DNA from: Escherichia phage PEC9
DNA: 44,379 bases
Reading direction: 5' to 3' (one strand)
Sequence record: ON548431.1
The position numbers were made by a program, and so were the translations under genes. Below, in pieces: positions 1 to 9,260 of the stretch. The stretch's first letter is position 1; every line of letters starts with the position of its first letter. The notes below the pieces were generated by a model. That model was not told where the DNA came from and searched no databases. It saw only the letters and a list, made by a program, of their open reading frames with translations.

Positions 1-39
1 CAGCAGATAGCGATCAACTTTTTCATGCGCATGATTAAT

Positions 40-49
40 ATTGGTTGCA
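40..49. promoter_or_regulatory. Recurrent intergenic motif ATTGGTTGCA (reverse complement TGCAACCAAT)
   Basis: Exact 10-mer at 40-49 upstream of the first plus-strand gene; degenerate copy ATTGGTCGCA at 71-80; same core recurs at many other intergenic sites. Confidence 0.45.
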
Positions 50-101
50 TCCATGCCAGCACCCTGCTAGATTGGTCGCACACCAACATGAGGACTGAAC
101 G

Positions 102-407
102 ATGAAAGCATTAATCTGGAATTACACAACGGCGGTGGCGAAGCTGTACGAAGCGAAGCACACAAACGGCAACGCAGACGACGCGCGCCAGGTTGTTATC
201 CTTGCCCAGCAGGGAATAATGAACGCGTTCGACGATATGTTTGCCAGCCTGGACGAACTGGAACCGCTGCGCGTGGCGATCTGCGACTACGCGATGGCAT
301 TTGCCCGTGAGCGCCTGGCGTATCGCTTCGGGATCGGTGAGACGGCAGTGACAAACGTCGCCAGGATTAAAGCCCAGCGCGAACTATTCGCCCAGCTTGC
401 GAAATAA
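102..407 (+). CDS. Hypothetical protein (101 aa)
   Basis: ATG at 102 preceded by GAGGA-like RBS; no recognisable motif. Confidence 0.5.
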   Translation: MKALIWNYTTAVAKLYEAKHTNGNADDARQVVILAQQGIMNAFDDMFASLDELEPLRVAICDYAMAFARERLAYRFGIGETAVTNVARIKAQRELFAQLAK

Positions 408-416
408 GGGGCCAAA

Positions 417-686
417 ATGGACCGCAGACGAGCTAAACAGCTTTCGTGGCATATTCCGCTGCATTGCATACGAATATGGGCGCAGAATGCGGTTGAGGGC
501 GATTCTGTGTTCTGGTGCTATCGCGACGATGTGAAGCCATTAACGCAGACTCGCTATCTGCACCAGTTCGCCAGGGAGCATGGGCTTGCCATAAAAACGT
601 CCTTGCAACCAATTGGCATCCGTATTACATTACGCCGGAAGCCCGCAGTCGAGCGGGTAGGCAAACACTGGAGACTGAGCAAATGA
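417..686 (+). CDS. Hypothetical protein (89 aa)
   Basis: ATG at 417 preceded by AAGGGG; stop overlaps next start (ATGA). Confidence 0.45.
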   Translation: MDRRRAKQLSWHIPLHCIRIWAQNAVEGDSVFWCYRDDVKPLTQTRYLHQFAREHGLAIKTSLQPIGIRITLRRKPAVERVGKHWRLSK

Positions 687-1216
687 AATTACTATTCCGC
701 CGCAAATCCGACGGCAAAATTCTCAGGCCAATACAGACCCTGGCCGCACACGTGCGCCTACACCACGCCGCAAGCGATCGGGTCTGGTGGGAGTCAAAAG
801 CTAAACTGCCGGAGAAATACGATATCGTCACGCATGATATCGAGCGCGGCGATGTGCTGCGTGATATTCGCGACGGTAGTATGCGGATCGTCGAGTATGT
901 CGGTCTTCATGGTCTGCGTATGCAGAACCGCAAGGATGGCGTCGCCGGTATGACTTACTTCGGCCTTGTCAACTACGAACGAGTGGGCCGCAAATACAGC
1001 CTTAGGGACCGCCAGCAGAATGGGCGCGCCTACGCGACCTACGACTCCCACCAGGTGCAGGCGAAGATGGGCAACGCAGTACGCCAAATCGTCAACCGCT
1101 TTGATGCCGTGACGAACGCACAGCGCCATGCGCAGGAATATGGCGTTGGATTCATCCAGGTGGAACGAGACGGCAGCATGAAAGCCATCGACCCGCGCTC
1201 GGTGATTCTGAAATGA
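683..1216 (+). CDS. Hypothetical protein (177 aa)
   Basis: Internal ATG of ORF 515-1216 chosen: ATG at 683 follows GGAG and overlaps upstream stop; N-terminal extension of the ORF track looks non-coding. Confidence 0.5.
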   Translation: MKLLFRRKSDGKILRPIQTLAAHVRLHHAASDRVWWESKAKLPEKYDIVTHDIERGDVLRDIRDGSMRIVEYVGLHGLRMQNRKDGVAGMTYFGLVNYERVGRKYSLRDRQQNGRAYATYDSHQVQAKMGNAVRQIVNRFDAVTNAQRHAQEYGVGFIQVERDGSMKAIDPRSVILK

Positions 1217-1353
1217 GTGCGACTATCCGTGATATGCTTCAGCATAACCGCTTTGAGATAGGCGGTAGGGTGTTTCGCAATTACTTCGTGGCGCGTGCAT
1301 GGGCGCGCCATATTGGCAAACCGGAAGGGGCAATTCGATGTTACACGATGTGA
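1213..1353 (+). CDS. Possible small protein (46 aa), below ORF-track cut-off
   Basis: ATG at 1213 overlaps stop of previous gene (ATGA); codons stepped by hand to TGA at 1351-1353; overlaps next gene in another frame. Confidence 0.2.
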   Translation: MSATIRDMLQHNRFEIGGRVFRNYFVARAWARHIGKPEGAIRCYTM

Positions 1354-1625
1354 TTTATTGGTTTGGTTTGATCTGCGGGTTGTGCCTGCTTACCGCGGTG
1401 CTGTTGGGCGTTCTGATGTTCGTAGTATGGCCCGCTGTGGAAGCCGCCAGCATTACCCGCATGACGTTCGAGATCTACAAGCGCCGTGGAATAACGGAGC
1501 ACCCGACCAGGTTGCGCATGTGGTGGCTGTGGTATCGGGATATGATAGGCGGTCGAACATTCGAAGCCGTCCGATCATCCGGGTGGGAGTGGAAAGGCGT
1601 CGGCAAGTGGTCCATTTTCGATTAA
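1338..1625 (+). CDS. Small membrane protein (95 aa)
   Basis: ATG at 1338 after AAGGGG; hydrophobic segment WFGLICGLCLLTAVLLGVLMFVVW. Confidence 0.4.
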   Translation: MLHDVIYWFGLICGLCLLTAVLLGVLMFVVWPAVEAASITRMTFEIYKRRGITEHPTRLRMWWLWYRDMIGGRTFEAVRSSGWEWKGVGKWSIFD

Positions 1626-1645
1626 TTATGCAAGCGTGATATAAT

Positions 1646-1677
1646 CCCAGTGAGATAAAACTTACTGGGACTTTTTT
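1646..1677 (+). terminator. Hairpin plus T-tract immediately upstream of holin start
   Basis: CCCAGT-N12-ACTGGG stem followed by TTTTTT ending 1 nt before ATG 1678. Confidence 0.35.
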
Positions 1678-1968
1678 ATGGATAAGCTAAACGAGTGGTT
1701 ATTCGCCCTTGCGTGTCTGGCTGGCGGCTTCGTAGGCGCACGCATTCATGGCGAGGCTACGAAAGGGCCGCTAAACTTCGTTTTGTATGTTGTAGTTGGC
1801 TTCCTGTGTGCCATATTTGGCGCACCGGCTATCGCTGAGTGGGCTGGTTTGTCGGGTGAGCGCACTGTCGCCGGTTTAGGCTTCGTAACCGCGATCTTCT
1901 GGATGCCAATCGCCGACCGGATCAGGGAGACTATTGCGTCGTTCCTACTTCCGGGGGGTGCAAAATGA
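1678..1968 (+). CDS. Putative holin
   Basis: 96 aa with several hydrophobic helices; first gene of a three-gene block ending in the endolysin. Confidence 0.5.
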   Translation: MDKLNEWLFALACLAGGFVGARIHGEATKGPLNFVLYVVVGFLCAIFGAPAIAEWAGLSGERTVAGLGFVTAIFWMPIADRIRETIASFLLPGGAK

Positions 1969-2210
1969 TTATCTCCGTCCTGTTGTTTGTTATCATAGGG
2001 GCTTCGTCCCTGTTTAACGTATATGCGCCGTCCGTTCAGGATGGTATCTTAGGCCGGGTGCTGTATCTGTTAACGGCAATGATCTGTCTTATCGGATTGT
2101 TGCAAACAGGAGACGTATCTGATACCACCTGGACCGCGTTAATCTGGCTGTTTGCATTGCGCACCCTGCGTAATGCTGTTTTGAATGGGGTAAAACATGC
2201 GATTCAGTGA
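1965..2210 (+). CDS. Membrane protein, possible second holin or antiholin
   Basis: 81 aa, two hydrophobic segments; start overlaps holin stop (ATGA); directly upstream of endolysin. Confidence 0.4.
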   Translation: MIISVLLFVIIGASSLFNVYAPSVQDGILGRVLYLLTAMICLIGLLQTGDVSDTTWTALIWLFALRTLRNAVLNGVKHAIQ

Positions 2211-2688
2211 CAACGGTCTACGATTTACGGCAGCCTGGGAGGCTTTCAGCCCGGTGCCGTATTTCGCGACCAAGAAAGAGCAGGCCCGCGGCCTGTACAC
2301 CTGGGGTTATGGTCATACCGGCACTAATCCGCCTCGAAGCATTACCCGCGAGGAAGCGCTGGCACTTCTCAAGCGCGATGTGGCGTATGCCGAGGATTGG
2401 GTGAACAAATACGCACATCCGAGCATTAACCAGGCGCAATTCGACGCGCTGGTGGACCTGGTAATCAATGCCGGTCCGGGGCCGATCGTACCGGATGACG
2501 TCGCGAATGATTTCGATGATGCGGTGCGACTGGGAGACTGGGCGAAGGTCCGTGCTACTCTGCCGCAGTTCCGCAAGCAAGGTGGGGAAGTGCTTAAGGG
2601 TCTGGTACGCCGTGCAATCGGCAGACAGGCGTTGTTTGATGGTAAGCAGTGGGACGTTGCCGAGAAAATCGGGCGTAACGCTGCATAA
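2197..2688 (+). CDS. Endolysin, phage lysozyme-like (GH24-type inferred)
   Basis: 163 aa; N-terminal Glu in WEAF, YTWGYGHTG segment, C-terminal GGEVLKGLVRRAIGRQALF typical of phage lysozymes. Confidence 0.7.
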   Translation: MRFSDNGLRFTAAWEAFSPVPYFATKKEQARGLYTWGYGHTGTNPPRSITREEALALLKRDVAYAEDWVNKYAHPSINQAQFDALVDLVINAGPGPIVPDDVANDFDDAVRLGDWAKVRATLPQFRKQGGEVLKGLVRRAIGRQALFDGKQWDVAEKIGRNAA

Positions 2689-2704
2689 TACGAGGTAACA
2701 CAGT

Positions 2705-2872
2705 ATGTTAAAAAGCATTCTTGATCATAACGCCGACGCGCTCGCCGCGCTGGCTAAAACCGAAGACCCCGGCGCCCGCGCTATCATCGCGGACACTATC
2801 AACCACGCTGGGGTCTTCGATGCGAAGCTGCCAAGCCCACCACCGCAGGATGCATCCGGCCACGCAGCGTAA
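2705..2872 (+). CDS. Small hypothetical protein (55 aa), below ORF-track cut-off
   Basis: ATG at 2705 after GAGG; codons stepped by hand to TAA 2870-2872; followed by terminator. Confidence 0.3.
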   Translation: MLKSILDHNADALAALAKTEDPGARAIIADTINHAGVFDAKLPSPPPQDASGHAA

Positions 2873-2880
2873 ACAATTAA

Positions 2881-2904
2881 GCCCGGTTAATTCCGGGCTT
2901 TTTA
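2881..2904 (+). terminator. Rho-independent terminator
   Basis: GCCCGG-TTAATT-CCGGGC hairpin followed by TTTTT. Confidence 0.55.
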
Positions 2905-2967
2905 TTGCTTGACTCGCAACCAACATAGACGCCATACTGCGACCAATCAACGAGAGGAGTAATCAAG

Positions 2968-3048
2968 ATGGCACGTAAAGATATTTGGGTATTAGCGATC
3001 TGGACCACCGCGGCTTTTATCGGCATGGTTATTTGCGAATTGATATAG
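2968..3048 (+). CDS. Possible hydrophobic micro-peptide (26 aa)
   Basis: Strong RBS GAGGAG 7 nt before ATG 2968; translation MARKDIWVLAIWTTAAFIGMVICELI; stop TAG 3046-3048. Confidence 0.25.
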   Translation: MARKDIWVLAIWTTAAFIGMVICELI

Positions 3049-3061
3049 CCCGCCGCCATAC

Positions 3062-3087
3062 GGACCGTGGTATATTGTCCACGGTCC
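3062..3087. promoter_or_regulatory. Perfect 9-bp inverted repeat GGACCGTGG / CCACGGTCC with 8-nt AT-rich loop
   Basis: Read directly; lies 22 bp upstream of ATG 3110; no T-tract follows, so not a classical terminator. Confidence 0.4.
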
Positions 3088-3109
3088 ACTAATCAGGAAT
3101 TAATTAAAT

Positions 3110-4252
3110 ATGCACCCGCAAACTAAAATTACCGATGAGCAATTGATCGCAGAAATTCAGGCAGGGACTACGGTTAAAGAGATTGCGAAGAAATACGGGA
3201 TTGCCCTGCGCAATGTCTATATGCGCAAAGCCCGCCTGTCGAAAAAGGGAATTGGTCACGGCAATGATGCCGTGATCCGTAAGCGCGTTGCCGATGGTTT
3301 TGGGGTTAAGCGCGTATCGGCCCTGGTGCGCGGAAATGGCGAAGAGGTCATGTCGTGGGTCATCACTGAGCAGGACAAGGAGCGCCAACTCGAAGCTATG
3401 CGCGCTGTTGTCGAGGGTATGAACAGCGAAATCACACCGGCAGCGCCTGTAAACGCCCCGCCAGTACCGATCCAGGCGCTCGACTTGCTCAACCTGTACA
3501 CCGTGTCAGACTTTCACCTGGGAATGCTGGCATGGGGTGAGGAGACTGGCGAAGACTGGGATATGGCGATCGCCGAAGACTTGTTCTACCGCTGGTTTGT
3601 CGAAGCCTTCGCCCGCGCACCGGACGCAGGCACTGCCGTTATCAATATCCTCGGGGATATGGCCCACTTTGATAGCCTGGATGCAGTCACCCCGGCAAGC
3701 GGTCACGTACTGGACGCCGACACCCGCTACCAGAAACTGGTCCGATACATGATTCGCATGGTGCGCAACGTCGTAGAACTTGCGCTGCAAAAACACCACA
3801 AAGTCAAACTGCTAATCGTCCAGGGTAATCATGACGAATCCGGTATGATTTGGCTTGCTGAGATGTTCAATACCTTGTATGAGAACGAGCCGCGCGTCGA
3901 TGTGGACACGTCCCCGGACGTCTACAAAATGGTGCAGCACGGTAAGACTACGCTATTTTTCCACCACGGGCACAAAGCGCGATTCGATGTTATCGAGCAG
4001 GTTATGATCGCTAAATTCAGACAGGCGTTCGGGTCGAGCGAATACAGCTACGCGCACGTAGGCCATTTGCACCACCAGAAGATTGTTGAATCCCGCAACA
4101 TGATTGTTGAACAGCACCGGACGCTCGCAGCGAAAGACGCCTACGCCAGTCGTGGCGGTTGGATGTCTGGTCGCAGCGCCAACGTCATTACCTACAGCGC
4201 CAACTACGGCGAAGTAGCGCGCTTAACCATTAGCCCAGAAATGTTGAAGTAA
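3110..4252 (+). CDS. HTH domain fused to calcineurin-like metallophosphoesterase
   Basis: 380 aa; N-terminal helix-turn-helix-like segment (TVKEIAKKYGIALRNVYMRKARL); phosphoesterase motifs SDFHLG, GDMAHFD, GNHDE, HHGH, GHLHH in canonical order. Confidence 0.6.
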   Translation: MHPQTKITDEQLIAEIQAGTTVKEIAKKYGIALRNVYMRKARLSKKGIGHGNDAVIRKRVADGFGVKRVSALVRGNGEEVMSWVITEQDKERQLEAMRAVVEGMNSEITPAAPVNAPPVPIQALDLLNLYTVSDFHLGMLAWGEETGEDWDMAIAEDLFYRWFVEAFARAPDAGTAVINILGDMAHFDSLDAVTPASGHVLDADTRYQKLVRYMIRMVRNVVELALQKHHKVKLLIVQGNHDESGMIWLAEMFNTLYENEPRVDVDTSPDVYKMVQHGKTTLFFHHGHKARFDVIEQVMIAKFRQAFGSSEYSYAHVGHLHHQKIVESRNMIVEQHRTLAAKDAYASRGGWMSGRSANVITYSANYGEVARLTISPEMLK

Positions 4253-4382
4253 CGACAACCAGTAATCCTCCCAGCCTGCCGATTTGGTGGGCTTTTTTGT
4301 GCCTGTTATAATCCCCATTAGATGGCAGGGCCGTCTCCTATGTTGCCGATGGTCGGCGCATATGAACAAAAGGGCTTATATC

Positions 4383-4934
4383 ATGGCAGAAATCAAAGTT
4401 AAGGGCCGACGCGCCAAACTGGACGGACGAGTCGCAGTTACCCCGCGCCGTAAACCCGGCGAGCAAACCGAGCATACCAATCTCGGACCTGAAATCGAGT
4501 ACGGAAAGCGCCGTAAAGGCGGCAAATGTGGACGCCCTACTGACTACCGATCCGTTTACTGCGACCAGCTTCGCCGCTATTTTGCCGACGCCGACGCCTG
4601 GCAGGTCAACTACTCCGATAAAGGCGCTGCGCAAGTAATACCCCGCAACAAAATGCCAACCTTCGGTCGATTTGCCGCGGAAATCGGCGTGGGCGTAGCT
4701 TGCCTGTATCGCTGGGCGCGTGCGCATGAGGAGTTCGCTGAGGCGATGGCGGACGCAATGGAGTTACAAAAAACCTTCCTGATGGAAGCTGGTGGCGTAA
4801 CCATCGCGGCGGGCTTCGCTACATTCCTGCTTAAAGCAAACCACGGCGTCCGCGACGATGTGCCGCTGGATGACGACGAAGATGATAACGGCGACGTCGT
4901 TGTGGAGCCTACCGGCAAAGGCCAGGGTGAATAA
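4383..4934 (+). CDS. Terminase small subunit
   Basis: Immediately upstream of and overlapping the large subunit (TAATG); acidic C-terminus; start ATG 4383 chosen within ORF 4284-4934, alternative ATG 4362. Confidence 0.55.
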   Translation: MAEIKVKGRRAKLDGRVAVTPRRKPGEQTEHTNLGPEIEYGKRRKGGKCGRPTDYRSVYCDQLRRYFADADAWQVNYSDKGAAQVIPRNKMPTFGRFAAEIGVGVACLYRWARAHEEFAEAMADAMELQKTFLMEAGGVTIAAGFATFLLKANHGVRDDVPLDDDEDDNGDVVVEPTGKGQGE

Positions 4935-6319
4935 TGCGTAACTATGCGGCAGAACACCGCGCCCTTGAACGAGCGATCGCAAAGCGAAACAGACCGCCGC
5001 GCCCGACACGCGTTGCGCAGGCCGTCCGCCTTTACCGGCCAGATTGCTTGCCGCACCAGGTTGAACTACTGCGCGACACGAAGACTAAAATCCTCGGCCT
5101 GTGTTCCGGCTTCGGCGGTGGAAAGTCGTGGGTCGCTGCGCGTAAGGTCATCCAGCTTTTAACCCTGAACCCCGGTCATGACGGCATCGTTACAGAACCG
5201 ACTATTCCCCTTCTGGTTAAAATCATGTACCCGGAATTGGAAAAGGCGTTTGATGAGGCTGGATTCCGGTGGAAGTTCAATAAGCAGGACAAGATCTATA
5301 ACGTGCTGGTGAAAGGGAAATGGACCCGCGTTATCTGTGAATCAATGGAAAACTATACCCGCCTGATCGGGGTCAACGCCGCGTGGATTGTTGCCGATGA
5401 ATTCGACACTACGAAGCAAGACGTCGCGCTGGCGGCATATCACAAACTGCTCGGTCGTCTGCGTGCGGGCTTCGTCCGCCAGTTCGTCATCGTGTCAACG
5501 CCTGAAGGCTACCGGGCGATGTACCAAATTTTCGAGGTGGAGAAAGACAACCAGAAACGCTTGATCCGGGCGAAGACCACGGACAACCACCATTTACCGG
5601 CAGACTTTATCGACACGCTGCGTAGTCAGTACCCAGCTAACCTGATCGACGCGTACTTGAACGGCCTGTTTGTTAACCTTACGTCGGGCGCGGTATACAA
5701 GATGTTTAACCGTGAGGAGAACGCAAGCACCGAAGAAGTGCAGCCGGAAGACACGCTGATTATCGGTATGGACTTTAACGTCACGAAGATGGCGGCGGTT
5801 GTGTACGTCAGACGGCAGCGAGTCACCGAGAACAAGGAGTTCCGCGACGAGATTCACGCGGTGGGCGAATTTGTGGACCTATTTGATACCCCGGCTATGA
5901 TTGAGGCGATCGAGGAGCGCTACCCCGATCATTGTGCTGCCGGTCGTGTTGTCGTTTACCCGGATAGCAGCGGCAAATCACGCAAGACGGTCAACGCGTC
6001 GTCGTCCGATATCGCGCAACTGGAAGACGCAGGCTTTGATGTGGAGTATGACAGCGTTAACCCGCCTGTTAAAGACCGATTGATCGCGATGAATACGATG
6101 ATGTGCAACTCGAAGGGCGTGCGCCAGTATTTTGTCAACCTGGATAAATGCCCTACACTAGCGAAATGTCTGGAACAGCAGGTGTACGACCTGAAGAAAG
6201 GCGAACCGGATAAAACTGCCGGTGTGGACCACATGAATGACGCGGCGGGCTACCCTATTGCGCACTTGTTCCCTGTGATTCGTCCGATCGCCGTTGTTCC
6301 AGCCGTAGACTTCTACTAA
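4934..6319 (+). CDS. Terminase large subunit
   Basis: 461 aa; Walker A-like GFGGGKS near N-terminus; position before portal. Confidence 0.8.
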   Translation: MRNYAAEHRALERAIAKRNRPPRPTRVAQAVRLYRPDCLPHQVELLRDTKTKILGLCSGFGGGKSWVAARKVIQLLTLNPGHDGIVTEPTIPLLVKIMYPELEKAFDEAGFRWKFNKQDKIYNVLVKGKWTRVICESMENYTRLIGVNAAWIVADEFDTTKQDVALAAYHKLLGRLRAGFVRQFVIVSTPEGYRAMYQIFEVEKDNQKRLIRAKTTDNHHLPADFIDTLRSQYPANLIDAYLNGLFVNLTSGAVYKMFNREENASTEEVQPEDTLIIGMDFNVTKMAAVVYVRRQRVTENKEFRDEIHAVGEFVDLFDTPAMIEAIEERYPDHCAAGRVVVYPDSSGKSRKTVNASSSDIAQLEDAGFDVEYDSVNPPVKDRLIAMNTMMCNSKGVRQYFVNLDKCPTLAKCLEQQVYDLKKGEPDKTAGVDHMNDAAGYPIAHLFPVIRPIAVVPAVDFY

Positions 6320-6330
6320 GGAAACCGACC

Positions 6331-7851
6331 ATGACCGTTAACGTTGACAACCAGCACCCGCTCTATGCGCGCATCGCGCCAGAGTGGAAAATGATTCGCG
6401 ATTGTGTAGCAGGGGAGCGCGCCGTGAAGGCGTGCGGACCATTGTACCTGCCACACCCAGCCAGCGGCGACACCACCGACCCGAAATCGCGTGCGCGCTA
6501 TAAGGCATATAAGCAACGCGCTGTCTTCCTGAATGCCACCGCCCGAACCCTTAACGCGCTGTTAGGCGTAGCCTTCGCCAAACCGGTGAGTATGGACCTT
6601 TCCGGGGCAATGGCGGACCTGATTGATGACGTAGACGGCAGCGGGATGCCCCTGGCGCAACTCCTGCGCGGCGCTATGTCGGAAGTGCTGCAATCGGGCC
6701 GTGCTGGCTTTATGGTGGACTACGACCGCCAGGCTAACTTTGATGAACTGGGTAACGTAGTGCCGCAGACAGCCGCTGAAATGGCGACACACCGCCCGCT
6801 TATCCGCCTGTATACGGCAGAGCAGATCATCAACTGGCGGCAGACCCACGGTGTCGACACGCTAATCGTGCTGAAGGAAACGGACGAAATCAGCACCGAA
6901 GACCCGGACGACTTCGCAAACCACGAGGTAACCATCTGGACCGAGCTTCGCATGATTGACGGCAAGGCACATGGTCGACGCTGGTTTTACAACGCGGACA
7001 CGTCAGACGTGCAGATGGACTTGCCGCGCGGCTTCACCCGCACCGACTTAGTGCCGCTGGTGGATGCCTCCGGTAATGCGCTTACTCAACTGCCATTTTG
7101 CTGGTGTGGTGCTGTGGACAACAACGCGACGCCGGACGCCGCACCGCTGGCGGATATTGCATCCATCAACATTAAGCACTACAACGCCGAAGCAGACGTC
7201 GCCGAGATTGCGCACATTGTGGGCCAACCTACACTCATTGCGACCGGTCTGACCCAATCATGGGCCGATAAAAACCTGAAGGGCGGCATCGCACTGGGCG
7301 CGACTAAGGGCGTTATCCTGGGGCAGAACATGGACGCTAAACTTCTTCAGGCGGAGGAGCGCAACTTGTCTGTTGCCCTGTGTGAGCGTCGAGAATTGCA
7401 AATGGCTAAACTGGGCGCTGCCCTGGTTGAGAAAGGGACTGCACCTAAGACGGCAACCGAAGCGGCCTACGATGCGCAGACCGATAACAGTATCCTGTCG
7501 CTTATTGCCGGTAATGTCGAGAAGGCTTTCAACCGTGCGCTGCAAATTGTCCAGCTATTCACTGGCGACACCGCCGACCAGCGCGTAACGCTGAACAAGT
7601 TCTACACTGAAATCACGGTTGATGCGCAGCTTATGACCGCGATGATGGCAGGTGTGCAGACCGGTACTGTCCGACTGGCGGATTTCATCAAGTGGATGAT
7701 GGCCCAGGGCGTTATCGATGACTCGCAAACCGTTGAGCAGGTGGAAGACGAATTGCGAAATCAGAATCCATTGCCTCAAATGTCCCCGGATGCGGTAGAA
7801 TCTGCCGAAGAAGACCCGGACAAGGTAGCGGACAATGGCGAAGACAATTAA
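6331..7851 (+). CDS. Portal protein
   Basis: 506 aa directly after terminase large subunit, RBS AAGGAAA, acidic C-terminus; call by size and order. Confidence 0.7.
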   Translation: MTVNVDNQHPLYARIAPEWKMIRDCVAGERAVKACGPLYLPHPASGDTTDPKSRARYKAYKQRAVFLNATARTLNALLGVAFAKPVSMDLSGAMADLIDDVDGSGMPLAQLLRGAMSEVLQSGRAGFMVDYDRQANFDELGNVVPQTAAEMATHRPLIRLYTAEQIINWRQTHGVDTLIVLKETDEISTEDPDDFANHEVTIWTELRMIDGKAHGRRWFYNADTSDVQMDLPRGFTRTDLVPLVDASGNALTQLPFCWCGAVDNNATPDAAPLADIASINIKHYNAEADVAEIAHIVGQPTLIATGLTQSWADKNLKGGIALGATKGVILGQNMDAKLLQAEERNLSVALCERRELQMAKLGAALVEKGTAPKTATEAAYDAQTDNSILSLIAGNVEKAFNRALQIVQLFTGDTADQRVTLNKFYTEITVDAQLMTAMMAGVQTGTVRLADFIKWMMAQGVIDDSQTVEQVEDELRNQNPLPQMSPDAVESAEEDPDKVADNGEDN

Positions 7852-8938
7852 TCAATATATGGCGGATCGAATGATTCGCCGACACATTTTCACCCAGCGC
7901 CTGAGTAATGACCAGGCGCGAAGGGTGCTGTCCATGTGGGAGAAGTTCCGGCCTACATTACTGGGGAAGCTGACCGAGTTGCTTGATGGCAAATCGTCAA
8001 TGAATAACCGGGCACTTTCCACGCTGTTAACGCAACTCGACAAGACCGTTAAAGCAGAATTGCGCACCGAGTTTAAGGTGTTGGCTGAAAGCCTTCAGGA
8101 GTTTGCCGACACGGAGGCTGATTATCTCGCCGACACATTAACGGCAGCGATCCAGCCGGTGGTCGCCGTACCTGCGGTCGAGGTGGTTGGCGTAGTGACC
8201 GGTGCGCAGATCGCAGCGACGGCTATGAAAAACCCGTTCCAGGGAAATACCATGATGCAATGGCCTGATTCATTGTCTGAGTGGACCAGGACGCAGATCG
8301 GGAATCAGGTGCGCGCTGGATTCATCCAGGGCAAGCCAACTATGGAAATTATAGCGGACGTGAGGCGCGCGCTCGGCGGTCGTAGTGCGCAAGCCATCTC
8401 GAGCGTTGTTAAGTCCGCAGTCAACCACTATGCGGCGACAGCCCGCGAACTAATGGTAAAAGCAAATGACGATATTCTCGAAGGTCGCCAATGGTTATCT
8501 ACATTGGACACGCATACTTCTCCCATGTGCCAGCTACGCGATCGCCTGTTTTATCCGGTTGATGTTACTCCCGACACCAAAGGAAAGCGCGGCGGGAAAG
8601 TGGTGGCTGGGTCACAATATGGCGCTGGTCCGGGCAAGTTGCATTATTGTTGCCGGTCGACGGAGACGTGGAAGGTTAAAGGCATGGAAGATTGGCCCAG
8701 TGGTAAGCGTCCGGCCCTGAAGGCTGATGCGGGTCGATTGCTGAGTGAGCAGGTCGACGCGCAGACTGATTTCTTCTCATGGGTGCAGCGCCAGCCGCGC
8801 CATATCCTGGAAGAATTATACGGAGTGCAACGCGCCGACCAGATTATGCGCGGCGTGAAAGTGCCGAAGATGTTCACCGATTCAGGCGAACTAATGACTA
8901 TCGCACAGCTTAAAAACCGGGGGTTATGGCGTGATTAA
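7835..8938 (+). CDS. Head morphogenesis (minor head) protein
   Basis: 367 aa directly after portal with overlapping start; Cys-rich C-terminal region; call by order. Confidence 0.55.
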   Translation: MAKTINQYMADRMIRRHIFTQRLSNDQARRVLSMWEKFRPTLLGKLTELLDGKSSMNNRALSTLLTQLDKTVKAELRTEFKVLAESLQEFADTEADYLADTLTAAIQPVVAVPAVEVVGVVTGAQIAATAMKNPFQGNTMMQWPDSLSEWTRTQIGNQVRAGFIQGKPTMEIIADVRRALGGRSAQAISSVVKSAVNHYAATARELMVKANDDILEGRQWLSTLDTHTSPMCQLRDRLFYPVDVTPDTKGKRGGKVVAGSQYGAGPGKLHYCCRSTETWKVKGMEDWPSGKRPALKADAGRLLSEQVDAQTDFFSWVQRQPRHILEELYGVQRADQIMRGVKVPKMFTDSGELMTIAQLKNRGLWRD

Positions 8939-9260
8939 ATATGCAGCGATTGGACTGATTATCGGTCTGGCGGTAGGATTCTGGCTAGGTGACTCCTATC
9001 GTGCTGGCGTAGTGGCGGAGGCGGCGCAAGAAGCGCAAGCCCAAGCCCAACGGCAGCAAACTAAAGTCGTTGAGCGCTCCGTGCAGGCCGAACAAGCCCG
9101 CGACGTAGAATACCGGACTATCACGAAAGAGGTTGTTAAATATGTTACGCGCCCTAACCGCCCTGATTGTAGTTTTGATGTTGAGCGCGTGCGGATCAAG
9201 CAACGTGCCGTTGATGCCGCTAACGGAGTCGGCACTGCGACCGCCGTGCAAGTTCGATAG
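8931..9260 (+). CDS. Putative i-spanin (Rz-like)
   Basis: GTG start overlapping previous stop; N-terminal transmembrane helix AAIGLIIGLAVGFWLG; Gln/Ala-rich coiled-coil-like region; o-spanin ORF begins inside it in another frame. Confidence 0.5.
   Translation: MIKYAAIGLIIGLAVGFWLGDSYRAGVVAEAAQEAQAQAQRQQTKVVERSVQAEQARDVEYRTITKEVVKYVTRPNRPDCSFDVERVRIKQRAVDAANGVGTATAVQVR

Noticed and set aside
515-1216. Full-length 233-aa ORF as the gene
   Set aside because: First 56 codons overlap the upstream gene and lack an RBS; internal ATG 683 has coupling and RBS.
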